Translations under genes and position numbers: made by a program | The notes under the pieces: model-generated | Database searches by the model: none | What the model saw: the letters and a program-made list of their open reading frames with translations, nothing else | Told to the model about the DNA's origin: nothing | Shown: in pieces, positions 60,901-64,000 of the stretch | Layout: each line of letters begins with the position of its first letter | Position numbering within the stretch: the stretch's first letter is position 1 | Source: Auanema rhodensis | Lineage: Eukaryota; Animalia; Nematoda | NCBI GenBank assembly: GCA_964057225.1 | Contig: CAXKVF010000002.1 | Coordinates: 62,001 to 126,000, forward strand | Direction of reading: 5' to 3' | DNA length: 64,000 bases

Positions 60901-63620
60901 GGAAGATGCATATTTATCGTCTGTATTGCACATTTCAACACCGTGGAATGAAGTTTTAATACTGTTTTTTTCATATTTTCTTAAAGAATATACAAAACCT
61001 AAATATTTTCACTTGAAATGTACAACACAGTTTAAAATCGCAATATATTGTATCGAGAAAAAACTCGAGGAAGATGCATATTTATCGTCTGTGTTGCACA
61101 TTTCAACACGGTGGAATGAAGTTGTAATATTTTTTTTTCATATTTTCTTAAAGAATATACAAAACCTAAATATCTTCACATGAAATGTACAACAAAATTA
61201 GAAATCGCAATATATTGTATCGAGGAAAAACTCAAGGAAGATGCATATTTATCGTCTGTATTGCACATTTCAACACCGTGGTATGAAGTTGTAATACTGT
61301 TTTTTTCATATTTTCTTAAAGAATATACAGAACCTAAATATCTTCACTTGAAATGTAAAATACAGTTTAAAATCGCAATATATTGTATCGAGGAAAAACT
61401 GGAGGAAGATGCATATTATCGTCTGTATTGCACATTTCAACACCGTGGAATGAAGTTGTAATATTTTTTTTTTCATAGTTTCTTAAAGAATATACAAAAC
61501 CTAAATATCTTCACATGAAATGTACAACACAATTAGAAATCGCAATATATTGTATCGAGGAAAAACTCAAGGAAGATGCATATTTATCGTCTGTATTGCA
61601 CATTTCAACACTGTGAAATGAAGTTGTAATATTTTTTTTTTCATATTTTCTTAAAGAATATACAAAACCTAAATATCTTCATATGAAATGTACAACACAA
61701 TTAGAAATCGCAATATATTGTATCGAGGAAAAACTCAAGGAAGATGCATATTTATCGTCTGTATTGCACATTTCAACACCGTGGAATGAAGTTGTAATAT
61801 TTTTTTTTCATATTTTCTTAAAGAATATACAAAACCTAAATATCTTCACATGAAATGTACAACACAATTAGAAATTGCAATATATTGTGTCGAGGAAAAA
61901 CTCAAGGTAGATGCATATTTATCGTCTGTATTGCACATTTCAACACGGTGGAATGAAGTTGTAATATTTTTTTTTTCATATTTTCTTAAAGAATATACAA
62001 AACCTAAATATCTTCATATGAAATGTACAACACAATTAGAAATCGCAATATATTGTATCGAGGAAAAACTCAAGGAAGATGCATATTTATCGTCTGTATT
62101 GCACATTTCAACACGGTGGAATGAAGTTGTAATATTTTTTTTTTCATATTTTCTTAAAGAATATACAAAACCTAAATATCTTCACTTGAAATGTACAACA
62201 CAGTTCAAAATCGCAAAATATTGTATCGAGGAAAAACTCAAGGAAGATGCATATTTATCGTCTGTATTGCACATTTCAACACGGTGGAATGAAGTTGTAA
62301 TATTTTTTTTTTATATTTTCTTAAAGAATATACAAAACCTAAATATCTTCAAATGAAATGTACAACACAGTTCAAAATCGGAATATATTGTATCGAGGAA
62401 AAACTCAAGGAAGATGCATATTTATCGTCTGTGTTGCACATTTCAACACTGTGGAATGAAGTTGTAATATTTTTTTTTCATATTTTCTTAAAGAATATAC
62501 AAAACCTAAATATCTTCACTTGAAATGTACAACACAATTAGAAATCGCAATATATTGTGTCGAGGAAAAACTCAAGGTAGATGCATATTTATCGTCTGTA
62601 TTGCACATTTCAACACGGTGGAATGAAGTTGTAATACTGTTTTTTTTCATATTTTCTTAAAGAATATACAAAACCTTAGTATCTTCACTTGAAATGTACA
62701 ACACAGTTTGAAATCGCAATATATTGTATCGAGGAAAAACTCAAGGAAGATGCATATTTATCGTCTGTATTGCACATTTCAACACCGTGGAATGAAGTTC
62801 TAATATTTTTTTTTTCATATTTTCTTAAAGAATATACAAAACCTTAGTATCTTCACTTGAAATGTACAACACAGTTTGAAATCGCAATATATTGTATCGA
62901 GGAAAAACTCAAGGAAGATGCATATTTATCGTCTATATTGCACATTTCAACACCGTGATATGAAGTTGTAATACTGTTTTTTTCATATTTTCTTAAAGAA
63001 TATACAAAACCTAAATATGTTCCCTTGAAATGTACAACACAATTAGAAATCGCAATATATTGTATCGAGGAAAAACTCAAGGAAGATGCATATTTATCGT
63101 CTGTATTGCACATTTCAACACCGTGGAATGAAGTTGTAATATTTTTTTTTTCATATTTTCTTAAAGAATATACAAAACCTAAATATCTTCACTTGAAATG
63201 TACAACACAGTTAAAAATCGCAATATATTGTATCGAGGAAAAACTCAAGGAAGATGCATATTTATCGTCTGTATTGCACATTTCAACACCGTGATATGAA
63301 GTTGTAATACTGTTTTTTTCATATTTTCTTAAAGAATATACAAAACCTAAATATCTTCACATGAAATGTACAACACAATTAGAAATCGCAATATATTGTA
63401 TCGAGGAAAAACTCAAGGAAGATGCATATTTATCGTCTGTATTGCACATTTCAACACCGTGGAATGAAGTTGTAATACTGTTTTTTTCATATTTTCTTAA
63501 AGAATATACAAAACCTAAATATTTTCACTTGAAATGTACAACACAGTTTAAAATCGCAATATATTGTATCGAGAAAAAACTCGAGGAAGATGCATATTTA
63601 TCGTCTGTATTGCACATTTC
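45324..63620 (+). repeat. Dispersed block duplication: about 45.3-47.9 kb matches about 61.2-63.6 kb (one monomer fewer); partial copy at about 23.7-24.9 kb
   Basis: The offset is 15873 at ORFs 45307/61180 and 15705 at 47148/62853. Shared markers: aaaatcggaa (about 46501 and 62375), tctatattg plus tgttccctt (about 24.1, 47.2 and 62.9 kb), gttctaata. Confidence 0.8.
56700..59760 (+). repeat. Older dispersed copy of about 27.9-30.97 kb (offset about 28,787 bp)
   Basis: ORFs 29229/58016, 30242/59029 and 30547/59334 share the offset. The caatgtattg marker is shared. Several private SNPs lie in the 57-59 kb copy. Confidence 0.8.
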
Positions 63621-64000
63621 AACACGGTGGAATGAAGTTGTAATATTTTTTTTTTTCATATTTTCTTAAAGAATATACAAAACCTAAATATCTTCACATG
63701 AAATGTACAACACAATTAGAAATCGCAATATATTGTATCGAGGAAAAACTCAAGGAAGATACATATTTATCGTCTGTATTGCACATTTCAACACCGTGGA
63801 ATGAAGTTGTAATATTTTTTTTTTCATAGTTTCTTAAAGAATATACAAAACCTAAATATCTTCACATGAAATGTACAACACAATTAGAAATCGCAATATA
63901 TTGTATCGAGGAAAAACTCAAGGAAGATGCATATTTATCGTCTGTATTGCACATTTCAACACTGTGGAATGAAGTTATAATATTTTTTTTTTCATATTTT

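Larger units (their letters stand above)
1..64000. repeat. Tandem satellite DNA array, 168-bp monomer, about 381 copies, single orientation; runs off both window ends; candidate centromeric or pericentromeric satellite
   Basis: Motifs such as gaaatgtacaacaca and gcatatttatcgtctg recur every 168 bp (167-169 with poly-T length changes) from start to end. The ORF track repeats one 56-aa unit. The consensus has 49/168 G+C. No unique sequence intervenes. The centromeric role is only an inference from monomer size, AT content and homogeneity. Confidence 0.99.

Noticed and set aside
69-63669. About 100 ORFs as repeat-protein genes
   Set aside because: All are translations of one 168-bp monomer. There are no unique domains, promoters or termini, variants are mostly nonsynonymous, and TAG/TGA stops and frameshifts are copied in duplicated blocks.
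1-64000. CRISPR-like array or variable-cassette (antigenic variation, DGR) system
   Set aside because: There are no unique spacers or hypervariable segments. Variation is limited to recurring SNPs explained by block duplication, and no associated enzyme genes are present.
1-64000. Assigning a named satellite family or host species
   Set aside because: Monomers of about 168 bp occur in many unrelated eukaryotes and I do not recognise this sequence. BLASTN against nt or repeat databases is needed.
1-64000. Transposon insertion or strand switch within the array
   Set aside because: I saw no non-satellite sequence longer than 18 bp and no reverse-oriented monomer, and ORF-track spacing stays in register throughout.

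Overview
The whole 64 kb is one uninterrupted head-to-tail array of an AT-rich (about 29% GC) 168-bp satellite monomer. There are about 381 copies, all in the same orientation and differing mostly at a few recurrent polymorphic sites. Consensus, with an arbitrary start: gaaatgtacaacacaattagaaatcgcaatatattgtatcgaggaaaaactcaaggaagatgcatatttatcgtctgtattgcacatttcaacaccgtggaatgaagttgtaatactgtttttttcatattttcttaaagaatatacaaaacctaaatatcttcactt. It looks like eukaryotic (peri)centromeric or heterochromatic satellite DNA, but I cannot identify the species or family. I find no genes, RNA genes, transposon insertions, inversions or CRISPR array. The long ORFs arise because 168 bp is 56 codons and one consensus frame lacks a stop. 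I cannot support a new protein-coding system here. The signals worth following are structural: (1) an 18-bp imperfect inverted repeat in each monomer, whose mismatches become G-U wobbles on the minus strand and are repaired in several variants; (2) microhomology deletions and templated insertions that resemble polymerase-theta end-joining scars, one of them amplified in two steps; (3) nested block duplications with no fixed higher-order period, including a 4,500-bp tandem duplication that looks exact, plus regional variant domains. All comparisons were done by eye with the ORF track as a guide, so block boundaries need computational confirmation.
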